Positions 17,514 through 26,072 of a DNA stretch of 64,000 nucleotides are shown one piece after another (position 1 is the stretch's first letter; every line of letters begins with the position of its first letter). The position numbers and the translations under genes are program-made. Source of the DNA: Candidatus Falkowbacteria bacterium (GTDB taxonomy: Bacteria > Patescibacteriota > Patescibacteriia > Patescibacteriales > UBA12465). Location: NCBI GenBank assembly GCA_037132255.1, contig JBAXPN010000001.1:340113-404112 (forward strand), given 5' to 3'. The notes under the pieces were generated by a model, which searched no databases, was not told the DNA's origin, and saw nothing but the letters and a program-made list of their open reading frames with translations.

Positions 17514-18920
17514 CTAAAGTTTCGAGACCTTGTAGCCATCCTTCATATCTTTAATAAGATAGCCCTTCTTTTTAATTTCATCACGCAGTCTATCAGACTC
17601 CTCCCAATTTTTGGCAGTTCTAGCTTCTTCGCGCGCATTAATTAAAGCCTTAACATCATCGACTAAATCTTCATTTTTTGTTTCGTGGGATGCAAAATTT
17701 TTCGCTAATTCCAATCTTAAGCCTAATACTTTATCAAAGTCTAAAATAGTCGCTAATTTATCAGCCAAAGATAGCTTTGATTTAAAGACCGAAGAAACAA
17801 CGGCCATTGCTTTGGCAAAATTTAAATCATCATTTATGGCACTTAAAAATTTTTCTTTATATTCATCGCTAGGCGTGCCTCTCTTTTCTCCTAAGACAGC
17901 AACTTGCGAAAGTAGACTATTATAACCATCAGCCGCCTGAAGTAAACCATCCTCGCTATACTCCATGGGTTTTCGATAATGAACCTGAAGAGCAGCAAAG
18001 CGATAAACAAGGGGGTTAATTTTTTGCGCGATAAGCGCATTGGCCACGGTTAAAAAATTTTCCTCACTCTTCGCCATTTTCTTGCCTCCCTTAATATTTA
18101 AGAAAGCACCATGCAACCAATAATTAAAAAATTTCTTTCCAGTGGCCGCTTCTGATTGTGCAATCTCATTAGTATGATGAATATTTATATGATCTATTCC
18201 GCCGCAATGAATATCAAGTTCTTCACCTAAATATTTTAAACTCATTGCTGAACATTCAATATGCCAACCCGGGAAACCAATTCCCCAAGGAGACTCCCAT
18301 TCCATCTGGCGTTTTACTCCACTTGGAGAAAACTTCCAAAGAGCGAAGTCGGTTGGATTTTTCTTCTCCGGATTTTTTTCCACTCTCGCCCCTTCCTTTA
18401 AATCTTCTAGCGGCAGATGGCTTAGCTTATTATAGTCCTTAACTTTAGCCGTATCGAAATATATACCGTCGCTTGTTTTATAGGTATAGCCCTTTTGCTC
18501 AAGAAGTAGAATTAAATCGATTTGCTCCGGTATATTTTCCGTTGCTCGGCAATACAAGTTGGGACTTTCAATATTTAAGAGCTCTAGATCTTCCTTGAAG
18601 GCAGCCTCGTAAAAAGCGGCAATCTCTAGTGCGCTTTTTCCTTCTCGTTTTGCTCCCAGTTCAAGCTTATCCTCTCCCATGTCCATGTCACCAGTCAGAT
18701 GCCCGACATCAGTAATGTTCATCACGTGGAGAACCTGATAGTTATTATATTCTAAAGTCCTCTTTAAAAAATCCTCAAATAGATAAGAACGGAGATTACC
18801 CAGATGCGCATAATTATAAACAGTGGGCCCGCAAGCATAAAGACCAAGTTCGGCTTTTTTTATCGGCTTAAATTCTTCTTTCTTGCGCGAGAGTGTATTG
18901 TATAAAAATATTGTATTCAT
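17514..18920 (-). CDS. cysS: cysteine--tRNA ligase
   Basis: 468-aa track ORF. HIGH-type motif (NYAHLGNLRSY), KMSKS-type motif (KMAKS), WHIECS zinc-site segment. Confidence 0.9.
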   Translation of the reverse strand: MNTIFLYNTLSRKKEEFKPIKKAELGLYACGPTVYNYAHLGNLRSYLFEDFLKRTLEYNNYQVLHVMNITDVGHLTGDMDMGEDKLELGAKREGKSALEIAAFYEAAFKEDLELLNIESPNLYCRATENIPEQIDLILLLEQKGYTYKTSDGIYFDTAKVKDYNKLSHLPLEDLKEGARVEKNPEKKNPTDFALWKFSPSGVKRQMEWESPWGIGFPGWHIECSAMSLKYLGEELDIHCGGIDHINIHHTNEIAQSEAATGKKFFNYWLHGAFLNIKGGKKMAKSEENFLTVANALIAQKINPLVYRFAALQVHYRKPMEYSEDGLLQAADGYNSLLSQVAVLGEKRGTPSDEYKEKFLSAINDDLNFAKAMAVVSSVFKSKLSLADKLATILDFDKVLGLRLELAKNFASHETKNEDLVDDVKALINAREEARTAKNWEESDRLRDEIKKKGYLIKDMKDGYKVSKL

Positions 18921-19089
18921 ATAGTATTGTTTAATTTAAGTATAAAAGAAAACCAGTGTTTTAACAAATAATAAATTAAGAATCTAATATTGACAAAAAG
19001 CAACAATTATTATAAATTGTAAAGTCAATCAAACGACAAATCGAACCTTAAAAATTGTAAACATAAACAAACGCAAAAACGAAAAAATC

Positions 19090-19857
19090 ATGAAAAGTTT
19101 AAAATTAATTTTTCTATTCCTTCTGGTCATATTTTTTATGTCCATGCCATCAGTACACGCTTCCGAGGGCCAAATTTTGGCTGATGAAATCAACCAGGAA
19201 AAAGCTAGACTAAACGACGTCTCGAAACTAACACAATTAGCTGACAGTCTGGGAATTTTTTCGGGGCTTAACAATCAATACTATGTGTATTGTAAAGTTT
19301 GTCCAGTACAAACGAGCAACGGCTTCCTGGTAATGGCGATTATCGATACACTTAAGTTCATCGACCCCAATATTCCTCAAAACAAATGGGTTAATGCCTA
19401 TGTCTCCAAAAACTATACATACAACTGGGTTAATCAAATGGGTATAGCAAAAATAGAACGCCAGAGATTAACCATAAACAGCAGACGGGATGAAACCCGA
19501 GCATTGCTTGTGGGCGATAGCTTAAAAAGTTTTACGATTCTCAATGTTCAACAATGCGACGCCACTGAGGCAAGGCGCAATGGTAATTTACTGCTCATAG
19601 TATTACTAATTTGGGGATTGGTGGTCGGCGCTTATGTCTTCACACATAAATCGCTCATCGTAAAATTTTTAATTCTTACTCTTGCTTTTTTCGTATCGAC
19701 TCTATTCATCCGATCTCTTATCGACTCAACTCTTGTGACTCTATCTGTGATGCTCGGCACCTATTTGCTTGGCAACTTATTAATACTGCTAATTTTCCGA
19801 ATATTTTTCGCTATCCGATTATTTTTCACTAAAAGAAAAAAAAACTTTGGAAAATAA
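19090..19857 (+). CDS. secreted/membrane protein of unknown function
   Basis: 255-aa track ORF. Signal peptide (LIFLFLLVIFFMSMPSVHA), a ~150-aa ectodomain, then 3 C-terminal TM segments. Confidence 0.6.
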   Translation: MKSLKLIFLFLLVIFFMSMPSVHASEGQILADEINQEKARLNDVSKLTQLADSLGIFSGLNNQYYVYCKVCPVQTSNGFLVMAIIDTLKFIDPNIPQNKWVNAYVSKNYTYNWVNQMGIAKIERQRLTINSRRDETRALLVGDSLKSFTILNVQQCDATEARRNGNLLLIVLLIWGLVVGAYVFTHKSLIVKFLILTLAFFVSTLFIRSLIDSTLVTLSVMLGTYLLGNLLILLIFRIFFAIRLFFTKRKKNFGK

Positions 19858-19877
19858 GAGAAATATTTTGCAAAAAA

Positions 19878-19915
19878 AACAAAACCTGGCCGCCTCTCAG
19901 CTCCAGGTTTTTTAA
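19878..19915. terminator. bidirectional terminator (convergent 19090-19857 / flavodoxin)
   Basis: AACCTGG (19883-19889) / CCAGGTT (19903-19909) with an A-run before and a T-run after. Confidence 0.55.
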
Positions 19916-19934
19916 TTTTCTAATCCTTTAATTT

Positions 19935-20402
19935 TTATTTTACTCTTTCAATAAATAAATTTAGTTTATCCTGATAATTATCGAGAATTGCCTCCTTACT
20001 CGTTAAAACTAATTCTGCCTCTGGCTTTAATTCTGTAAGTTGTGCCATCTGCTGAATTGCTTTCAATCCACCATCACTCCCATGAGTGGCAAAAAAAGCA
20101 ATTTTTTTAATTTTATTTTTATTTTCACTTAAATATGTTCTTATTGGGCAAGACATAGCATAAGCCCAAGTCGGTGTACCAACAATAACTAAATCATAAT
20201 CGCTGGCGCTAAATTTTGTTGTTTCAAGGACGGCTAATTTCTTCTGCATTGCCTCTCGTCCACTTTTTATATAGCCCCAAGCACCCGCCCGAGAATCCGT
20301 ATCAATTAATTCTTCAATATCAGCACCAAGAAGCGACGCCAACCTTAAGCCAACTTTTTTCGTCATCCCTGTTCGTGAATAATAAGCAATTAATGTTTTC
20401 AT
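19935..20402 (-). CDS. flavodoxin-like protein
   Basis: 155-aa track ORF. MKTLIAYYSRTGMTKK FMN-phosphate-binding loop pattern and flavodoxin-like alternation of strands and helices. Confidence 0.75.
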   Translation of the reverse strand: MKTLIAYYSRTGMTKKVGLRLASLLGADIEELIDTDSRAGAWGYIKSGREAMQKKLAVLETTKFSASDYDLVIVGTPTWAYAMSCPIRTYLSENKNKIKKIAFFATHGSDGGLKAIQQMAQLTELKPEAELVLTSKEAILDNYQDKLNLFIERVK

Positions 20403-20423
20403 AAAATAATTTTAAATTTAAAA

Positions 20424-21278
20424 TTAAGCGGCTAGTTTATCATGACTATCAAAGCAGGCGCGCATTTTTTCGAGAGCAGAGTTAGTTTTTATTTTTAAAT
20501 CCGCACTTAAATTCTGCCCGGCGGCTTGGGCCTCAAGCGAGTTTAATAATTTCGCAAATATCCGATCCTCAACAAGACTTGTTTTGTCCCCATTAATCTG
20601 CAAACTTTCTAATAATTCCCCTAACTCAGCTTTACTAAGCGACATATAGAAAGCCGGGATATTTCTCACTTCCGAGCGGACCAAAATGCCGTCCTGCATT
20701 TTCGCTCCATATTTAATCTGCGCTCCGCCACGAGCCATTATTTTTTCTAGCTTGGCCGCTTTCTTTAATCCGCCATCGTCGCCTGAGTTCCCGATAACCT
20801 CATCAAAACCGCAAACAACTTCGCCGGTAGGTTTATATATCAATACTTGATCAACGCCATTATTATAGTCATCATAATCTGAGGCACGCGCGACGATAAA
20901 GTACTCTTTAAGATATTTATATAACATAACGGTCAAGGCCATTTCAGTTAATGTCGCTGGATTTTTCTCAGTATCACGTCGCCATTCATTTAAACTCTTC
21001 CCAGCCTCTTTACTATAACCTTCCTCCTGAGCATCGACTAAAACCTTGTCACTTACCGATTCTCGACCTTCAAGAGAAATTCGGCCATCAATCTCCAAAA
21101 AATTAGCAAACTCCGAATTAGCATCACGTGCTAAATCCGGCAGAGCCTTATCTTTTAAAAAAGTTAAGTATTTTTCATAGTTTGGTTCTTTTTTAAATTT
21201 TTCAAACTTACTTAGATCGATATGCCCAACGACTTTTATTCCTGGTAAATTTGTCTCCCCAATATTTTCAATTCCCAT
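20424..21278 (-). CDS. hypothetical protein
   Basis: 284-aa track ORF with no TM and no motif I recognise. Tightly packed between the Gmad2-like and flavodoxin genes. Confidence 0.6.
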   Translation of the reverse strand: MGIENIGETNLPGIKVVGHIDLSKFEKFKKEPNYEKYLTFLKDKALPDLARDANSEFANFLEIDGRISLEGRESVSDKVLVDAQEEGYSKEAGKSLNEWRRDTEKNPATLTEMALTVMLYKYLKEYFIVARASDYDDYNNGVDQVLIYKPTGEVVCGFDEVIGNSGDDGGLKKAAKLEKIMARGGAQIKYGAKMQDGILVRSEVRNIPAFYMSLSKAELGELLESLQINGDKTSLVEDRIFAKLLNSLEAQAAGQNLSADLKIKTNSALEKMRACFDSHDKLAA

Positions 21279-21292
21279 ATAATTAATATTAA

Positions 21293-21862
21293 TTATTTAA
21301 ATCTTACTGGAACACTAATTGAGGCATCGTTCTGTGATAAACCCGATGGATTGTCTTTTGATATGATTAAAAAACCACTTGTCGCATTCGTACTAAAAAC
21401 TAAATCTGAGCTGAATTTAACCGGCTTCTCTGTCATCCAATCATCCAGCGCTGTTCCGTAATGCGAAACAATTATTTGATTATTGCTATCTGCTAACTTA
21501 ACTGGCAAAGAGGCCTCGAAAAACCATGAGCCCAATGCCTGACCTTCAACTTTCAAAGGTGAAGCAACTAACTGATTTTGTTTCGGGTTTAAAATAATCA
21601 CCTCATTGGAAAAAGTAGCTTGACCTTCCTCTTCAGACGGAATAACCACAGTTTCATCGCTTATTTTTGTCGTGCTTGTTGAATCAATAATTTTTGTCGC
21701 ACCCTCGCAAGGGCTTGTTGGCATCGCTGCGCTTGGGTTGCCATGCTTTTGCCATTTACCTGCCTGACAATACCACTCATCTTCCGGGGTAGAAAATCGC
21801 AATACAATTGCAGAGACAATTATTATACCGACGACTGCCAATAAAAGATAAGTTTTTCTCAT
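21293..21862 (-). CDS. membrane-anchored Gmad2-like immunoglobulin-fold protein
   Basis: 189-aa track ORF with an N-terminal TM anchor. The C-terminal part (NPKQNQLVASPLKVEGQALGSWFFEASLPVKLAD...SVPVRF) fits the Gmad2 Ig-like domain pattern. Confidence 0.6.
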   Translation of the reverse strand: MRKTYLLLAVVGIIIVSAIVLRFSTPEDEWYCQAGKWQKHGNPSAAMPTSPCEGATKIIDSTSTTKISDETVVIPSEEEGQATFSNEVIILNPKQNQLVASPLKVEGQALGSWFFEASLPVKLADSNNQIIVSHYGTALDDWMTEKPVKFSSDLVFSTNATSGFLIISKDNPSGLSQNDASISVPVRFK

Positions 21863-21884
21863 AAAATTATATTAAAAATTATTA

Positions 21885-21958
21885 TGGTCGTTAGCGGATT
21901 CGAACCACTAACCTCCGCGATGTGAACGCGGCCCTCTAACCATCTGAGCCAAACGACC
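21885..21958 (-). tRNA. tRNA-Val (anticodon CAC)
   Basis: Hand-folded cloverleaf, 74 nt. Acceptor GGTCGTT/AACGACC, anticodon stem CCGCG/CGCGG, loop TTCACAT, T-arm AGTGG-TTCGAAT-CCGCT, discriminator A. CCA not encoded. Confidence 0.9.
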
Positions 21959-21959
21959 C

Positions 21960-22046
21960 TGGTGCCCGAGGGGGGATTTGAACCCCCATGGGATTTCTCC
22001 CGCAGCGTTCTGAACACTGTGTGTCTACCAATTTCACCACCCGGGC
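21960..22046 (-). tRNA. tRNA-Leu (anticodon CAG), CCA encoded
   Basis: Hand-folded, 87 nt. Acceptor GCCCGGG/CTCGGGC, anticodon stem CAGTG/CGCTG, loop TTCAGAA, long variable arm (CGGGAGAAATCCCAT), T-arm GGGGG-TTCAAAT-CCCCC, then ACCA. Its 3' end is 1 nt from the tRNA-Val 5' end. Confidence 0.9.
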
Positions 22047-22203
22047 TCGTTTCTTACTATAGCTTGCCACAAAAATTTTAACTTGACAAGTTAATATAAA
22101 AAGGGCATATTATATAATTATGTAAACAATACATAATTACGAACATTAACAAAATTATCAATAAATATTCACAAAATTATCCACCCCAAAAAACGCTTTA
22201 AAT

Positions 22204-22803
22204 ATGAACGAAAGCACATGCCTGACAACTACCGCTAAAGTAGCAATTTTAGTGCCAAAAACTAATAGTGGTTTCTTCACCGCTGTCAGTTTGAAAAATT
22301 ATTTACAAATCAAATTAGGGATCACGGAAATCCTGGTAATTGAGGTTATACCCTGCCAGCTCAGGCAGGTTAAAATACCTAATTCAATTGAAGAATTGTA
22401 CGTCGGCGGCCTTGGCGTAAAAAATTGTCACCAACCGGCAATAATTAGTTTCATCGAAGAACACGATGCTAAAATCATGCTCTGGGCTGACAATCACCCC
22501 GAAGGGAAACATCTTGAAGCTTTAAAAGCAAAAAATCAGGCATACCTCCACGCTAGCGATAAAAAAAACCCGTCGTGTGCCGCTTTATTAAACAAAAAAC
22601 TTGGTGAAAGTATAAAGCCTGAATGGGTTGAAGCGGCCAACCATTTTGAAAACCCGCTTCAGTATCCGAGCGCCCATCTGGCTAATGCCTATAAAAAATT
22701 AACCACCTCAGCCAACGGACAACTTGCTCAAATTAAAGAATTATTTTCACAACACCTTCTTCAAGGCTCACCCTCGCTTGAAGAAATTGCTGAAATAAAA
22801 TAA
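22204..22803 (+). CDS. hypothetical protein
   Basis: 199-aa track ORF followed by a clean terminator. There is only a loose resemblance in strand/helix order to a DHH-type fold (VAILVPKTNSGF..., LYVGGLGV, IMLWADNHPEG), and the canonical DHH residues are missing. Confidence 0.55.
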   Translation: MNESTCLTTTAKVAILVPKTNSGFFTAVSLKNYLQIKLGITEILVIEVIPCQLRQVKIPNSIEELYVGGLGVKNCHQPAIISFIEEHDAKIMLWADNHPEGKHLEALKAKNQAYLHASDKKNPSCAALLNKKLGESIKPEWVEAANHFENPLQYPSAHLANAYKKLTTSANGQLAQIKELFSQHLLQGSPSLEEIAEIK

Positions 22804-22825
22804 AAAAACAAAAAATCATCAAAAG

Positions 22826-22854
22826 CTCAGCCCGACTACAATCGGGCTTTTTTA
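22826..22854 (+). terminator. rho-independent terminator
   Basis: CAGCCCGA (22828-22835) / TCGGGCT (22842-22848) followed by a T-run, 25 nt after the stop at 22803. Confidence 0.65.
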
Positions 22855-22864
22855 TTTCTAATTA

Positions 22865-22873
22865 TGATATAAT
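22865..22873 (+). promoter_or_regulatory. extended -10 promoter (TGaTATAAT) of rnhB
   Basis: TGATATAAT at 22865-22873. Only 6 nt separate it from ATG 22880, so the predicted start site falls on the A of the ATG (leaderless mRNA candidate). Confidence 0.45.
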
Positions 22874-22879
22874 GCGAAT

Positions 22880-23515
22880 ATGCTAGACTTAAACACCGAA
22901 CAAGGATATTTTGATCTCGGCTACAATTTAATCGGAGGCGTAGATGAGGCTGGTCGTGGCCCGCTCGCCGGTCCGGTTGTTGCTGCTTGCGTTGTGATAG
23001 ACAAAAATTTTAGAATTGATCATGATGACCTATCTCTCGTCGCCGACTCAAAAAAGCTAAGCGCCAAAAAACGTGAAAAATTATTTAGCATCATTAAAGA
23101 AAAAGTTTTAGCAGTTGAAATTGGTGTCGTCGATAATTTAACCATTGATAAAATAAATATTTTGCAGGCGAGTTTTCTAGCAATGCGTCGAGCCATAAAA
23201 AAACTCAAGATTGAACCTGATTATATTTTGGTCGACGGTAATTTTAAAATTCCTAAACTTGAGAAAGCACAAACGGCAATTATCGGCGGAGATGGTAAAG
23301 TTTTTTGTATCGCGGCCGCTTCAATTATTGCTAAGGTCAGTCGTGATTGGATGATGTCGGAAATCGATAAACAATACCCAGGATATGAATTTGCAAAACA
23401 TAAAGGCTACGGCACCAAGGCTCATTTTGCAAAAATTGCCGCGATCGGACCCTGTCCAATCCATCGCTTTAGTTTCAGCCCAGTTAAAGAATTATTCCTA
23501 AAGTCTAAATCCTAA
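22880..23515 (+). CDS. rnhB: ribonuclease HII
   Basis: 211-aa track ORF. GVDEAGRGPLAGPVV catalytic motif and a typical RNase HII length. Confidence 0.9.
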   Translation: MLDLNTEQGYFDLGYNLIGGVDEAGRGPLAGPVVAACVVIDKNFRIDHDDLSLVADSKKLSAKKREKLFSIIKEKVLAVEIGVVDNLTIDKINILQASFLAMRRAIKKLKIEPDYILVDGNFKIPKLEKAQTAIIGGDGKVFCIAAASIIAKVSRDWMMSEIDKQYPGYEFAKHKGYGTKAHFAKIAAIGPCPIHRFSFSPVKELFLKSKS

Positions 23516-23603
23516 AATATTGACAGTAATTAATATTTATAATAAGATAAAACATCAAATTGTACATTCAAATAAACAATAACCGCCCACTAATCTCTAA
23601 CAA

Positions 23604-24098
23604 ATGAAAAACGACGTCACTGTCTCAGTCGCAAAAACAATTATTATTGTTACCGGTATCATTTTCCTTTTTGTCTATCTTGGACAAAGCGCCACGCACA
23701 ACGGACAAATTCTGTTGAACTTTTTCGGCCCCTTCCTGGCACTCTTATACGTTGGCGGGATTACATTCCGAAAAACCTATGTCTGGGAAGTTCGTACCGG
23801 CAGAATCGTAGCCCATATGAGCGGACCTGTATCTAAGAGCAACCGCGTTCTAGCATCCAGCTGGATTCTCTGGTTTTTCTTCGTCATCATGACAATATTT
23901 GTTGTTTCCGGTCTCCTATCTATGAGTGACCGCTACGACGTCTGGATCGGAACATTTTGGGAACCCTTAAGAATTGTCTCTGGCTTGCCCTCATTTTTTA
24001 GTTCATTGGCCTTATTATTTATTCTTCTCTTCTCCTGGTTTGCAAGAGATGAATACTGCTACCGACCAGTCTCAGACACTCTTCCTGAACCTGCCTAA
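23604..24098 (+). CDS. integral membrane protein of unknown function
   Basis: 164-aa track ORF with about 4 hydrophobic segments. A bidirectional terminator follows. Confidence 0.55.
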   Translation: MKNDVTVSVAKTIIIVTGIIFLFVYLGQSATHNGQILLNFFGPFLALLYVGGITFRKTYVWEVRTGRIVAHMSGPVSKSNRVLASSWILWFFFVIMTIFVVSGLLSMSDRYDVWIGTFWEPLRIVSGLPSFFSSLALLFILLFSWFARDEYCYRPVSDTLPEPA

Positions 24099-24123
24099 AA
24101 ATGGCGCCGACCAAATCGGCAAC

Positions 24124-24162
24124 AAAAAAAATCCTTTAAACATTCGTGCCAAAGGATTTTTT
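24124..24162. terminator. bidirectional terminator (23604-24098 / typA convergent)
   Basis: AATCCTTT (24130-24137) / AAAGGATT (24151-24158) with an A-run before and a T-run after. Confidence 0.55.
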
Positions 24163-24179
24163 AATATCAAATTTGCAAT

Positions 24180-25964
24180 TTATCGTTTATATTTTGTGCG
24201 CTCATTTTCGGTTAAGAGTTTTTTACGAAGACGTATATTATTAGGTGTTACTTCTAAATATTCGTCTTCGTTAATGATGCTCAATCCTCTCTCTAGAGTT
24301 AAGTCCCAAGGCGGAGTTAAGGTAATCGCTTCATCAGTTCCGGAAGCTCGAACATTTGTTAACTTCTTACCTTTAATCGGATTAACCGCCATATCATTTC
24401 CTTTGGCGACATTGCCGATTACCATGCCTTCATAGACATCGATATTCGGAACAATATATAAAACTCCTCTATCCTGTAGATTCCACAGAGAGAAAGCTAA
24501 TACCTTGCCTGTTACCATAGAGATCATAGACCCGAGCTGATTTTTTTCAATCTCGCCGACCCATGGTTTGAAGCCGATAAAATGAGAACAAAGGATACCT
24601 TCGCCGCGTGTATCAACAACAAATTCATCACGATAGCCAAGAATGCCACGAGTTGGGATAGAAAATACGATTCTAGTCTGACCATTATGATTTTTCAAAT
24701 CAGTCATCTGTCCCTTACGGCGGGACATCTTATCGATTACAACGCCGGATGCTTTTTCCGGAATATCAATAGTAATTTCTTCAAACGGCTCTAATTTTAC
24801 GCCATCTTCTTCCTTAGTAATAACTTGGGGTTGAGAAACCTGGACTTCATAGCCTTCACGACGCATATTTTCAAGTAGCACCGCAATATGCAATTCGCCG
24901 CGCCCGTAAACTTTATAAAAATTAGCATCAGAAAAATCAATTTTTAATCCAACATTAACTTCTAATTCTTTTTCTAAGCGTTCCTTTAATTGGCGATTGG
25001 TAACAAATTTTCCTTCACGACCAGCGAATGGTGAATTATTAATTAAAAAATTTAAACAAATTGTCGGTTCATCGATGGAAATAGCCGGAAGGGCTACTTG
25101 ATCGGCATTCTCGGAAATTGTTTCACCGATATAAATATCACTTAAGCCAGCAATTAGAACGATATCGCCCGCGATGGCTTCAGTAATTTCTTTGCGCATT
25201 AAGCCATGAAAAGTAAATAACTTCGTTACCTTACCCGATCGAGTATCACCAGCTAAATTTTCAACAAAGACTGATTGCCCCGTTTTAACAGTTCCCTGAT
25301 AAATACGTGCGACTGCACAACGCCCCAAAAAACTATCGTAAGCTAAATTGAAAGGTTGAGCGGCGAGCGGCATGGTAATCATTTCTGGAGTAGCCGCCGG
25401 AGAAACATGTTCTAAAATTAAGTCTAAAAGCGGATCTAAATTTTCCGCTAATTTATCAGCCTCCAAACCGGCTTGGCCAGTTTTACTAATTGCATATATA
25501 ACCGGAAAATCTAATTGTTCATCAGTCGCTCCTAAATCTAAAAATAATTCATAAACCATTTCTGAAACTTCGGCCGGACGAGCGGCGGGTTTATCAACTT
25601 TATTAATAACGACAATCGGCTTCAAACCTAATTCTAGAGATTTTTTTAAAACGAATTTTGTTTGTGGCATCGGCCCTTCTTGTGCGTCGACGAGCAGGAG
25701 GACTGAATCAATAGATCGTAAAACGCGCTCAACTTCAGAACTAAAATCGGCATGCCCTGGAGTATCAACAATATTGATCTTTGAATCACGATAAAAAAGA
25801 CTGCAATTTTTTGCATAAATTGTGATTCCTCTTTCTTGTTCAATGGAATTACTATCCATGCTAATATTGTCCTCTACCATGCCGGTCTGACGTAAAAGTG
25901 AATCAGTTAATGTTGTCTTACCATGATCAACGTGAGCGATAATGGCGATATTTCTTATTTCCAT
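24180..25964 (-). CDS. typA: translational GTPase TypA/BipA
   Basis: 594-aa track ORF. AHVDHGKTTL (G1), DTPGHADF (G3), NKVD (G4). Length and C-terminal region fit BipA rather than EF-G or LepA. Confidence 0.9.
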   Translation of the reverse strand: MEIRNIAIIAHVDHGKTTLTDSLLRQTGMVEDNISMDSNSIEQERGITIYAKNCSLFYRDSKINIVDTPGHADFSSEVERVLRSIDSVLLLVDAQEGPMPQTKFVLKKSLELGLKPIVVINKVDKPAARPAEVSEMVYELFLDLGATDEQLDFPVIYAISKTGQAGLEADKLAENLDPLLDLILEHVSPAATPEMITMPLAAQPFNLAYDSFLGRCAVARIYQGTVKTGQSVFVENLAGDTRSGKVTKLFTFHGLMRKEITEAIAGDIVLIAGLSDIYIGETISENADQVALPAISIDEPTICLNFLINNSPFAGREGKFVTNRQLKERLEKELEVNVGLKIDFSDANFYKVYGRGELHIAVLLENMRREGYEVQVSQPQVITKEEDGVKLEPFEEITIDIPEKASGVVIDKMSRRKGQMTDLKNHNGQTRIVFSIPTRGILGYRDEFVVDTRGEGILCSHFIGFKPWVGEIEKNQLGSMISMVTGKVLAFSLWNLQDRGVLYIVPNIDVYEGMVIGNVAKGNDMAVNPIKGKKLTNVRASGTDEAITLTPPWDLTLERGLSIINEDEYLEVTPNNIRLRKKLLTENERTKYKR

Positions 25965-25981
25965 ATAATTTCTTATTTAAA

Positions 25982-26012
25982 CAAAATAAAACGCGACGTA
26001 TTATGTCGCGGT
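25982..26012 (-). terminator. rho-independent terminator after hisS
   Basis: ACGCGAC (25991-25997) / GTCGCGG (26005-26011). On the minus strand it is followed by TTTTATTTT. Confidence 0.6.
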
Positions 26013-26072
26013 TGGCGAAGCAAAAACTCCTTATATATTACAAGATAAATTAATTAATGTCAATGGATAGGC

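Noticed and set aside
19029-19437. Two minus-strand track ORFs (19029-19274, 19237-19437) opposite the 19090-19857 gene
   Set aside because: They are antisense to an ORF that has a clear signal peptide, TM topology and terminator. No independent support.
22155-22185. Cluster of three DnaA-box-like 9-mers (TTATCAATA, ATATTCACA, TTATCCACC) in the AT-rich gap after tRNA-Leu: possible oriC?
   Set aside because: Each matches only 7-8 of 9 positions. There is no dnaA or dnaN nearby and no consistent switch of gene orientation at this point, since minus-strand genes dominate on both sides. Such near-matches are expected by chance in AT-rich DNA. A computed GC-skew plot would settle it.
23974-24435. 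153-aa plus-strand track ORF
   Set aside because: Its first part is an alternative frame of the 23604-24098 membrane-protein gene. The rest is antisense to the well-supported typA 3' end and runs straight through the bidirectional terminator at 24124-24162.
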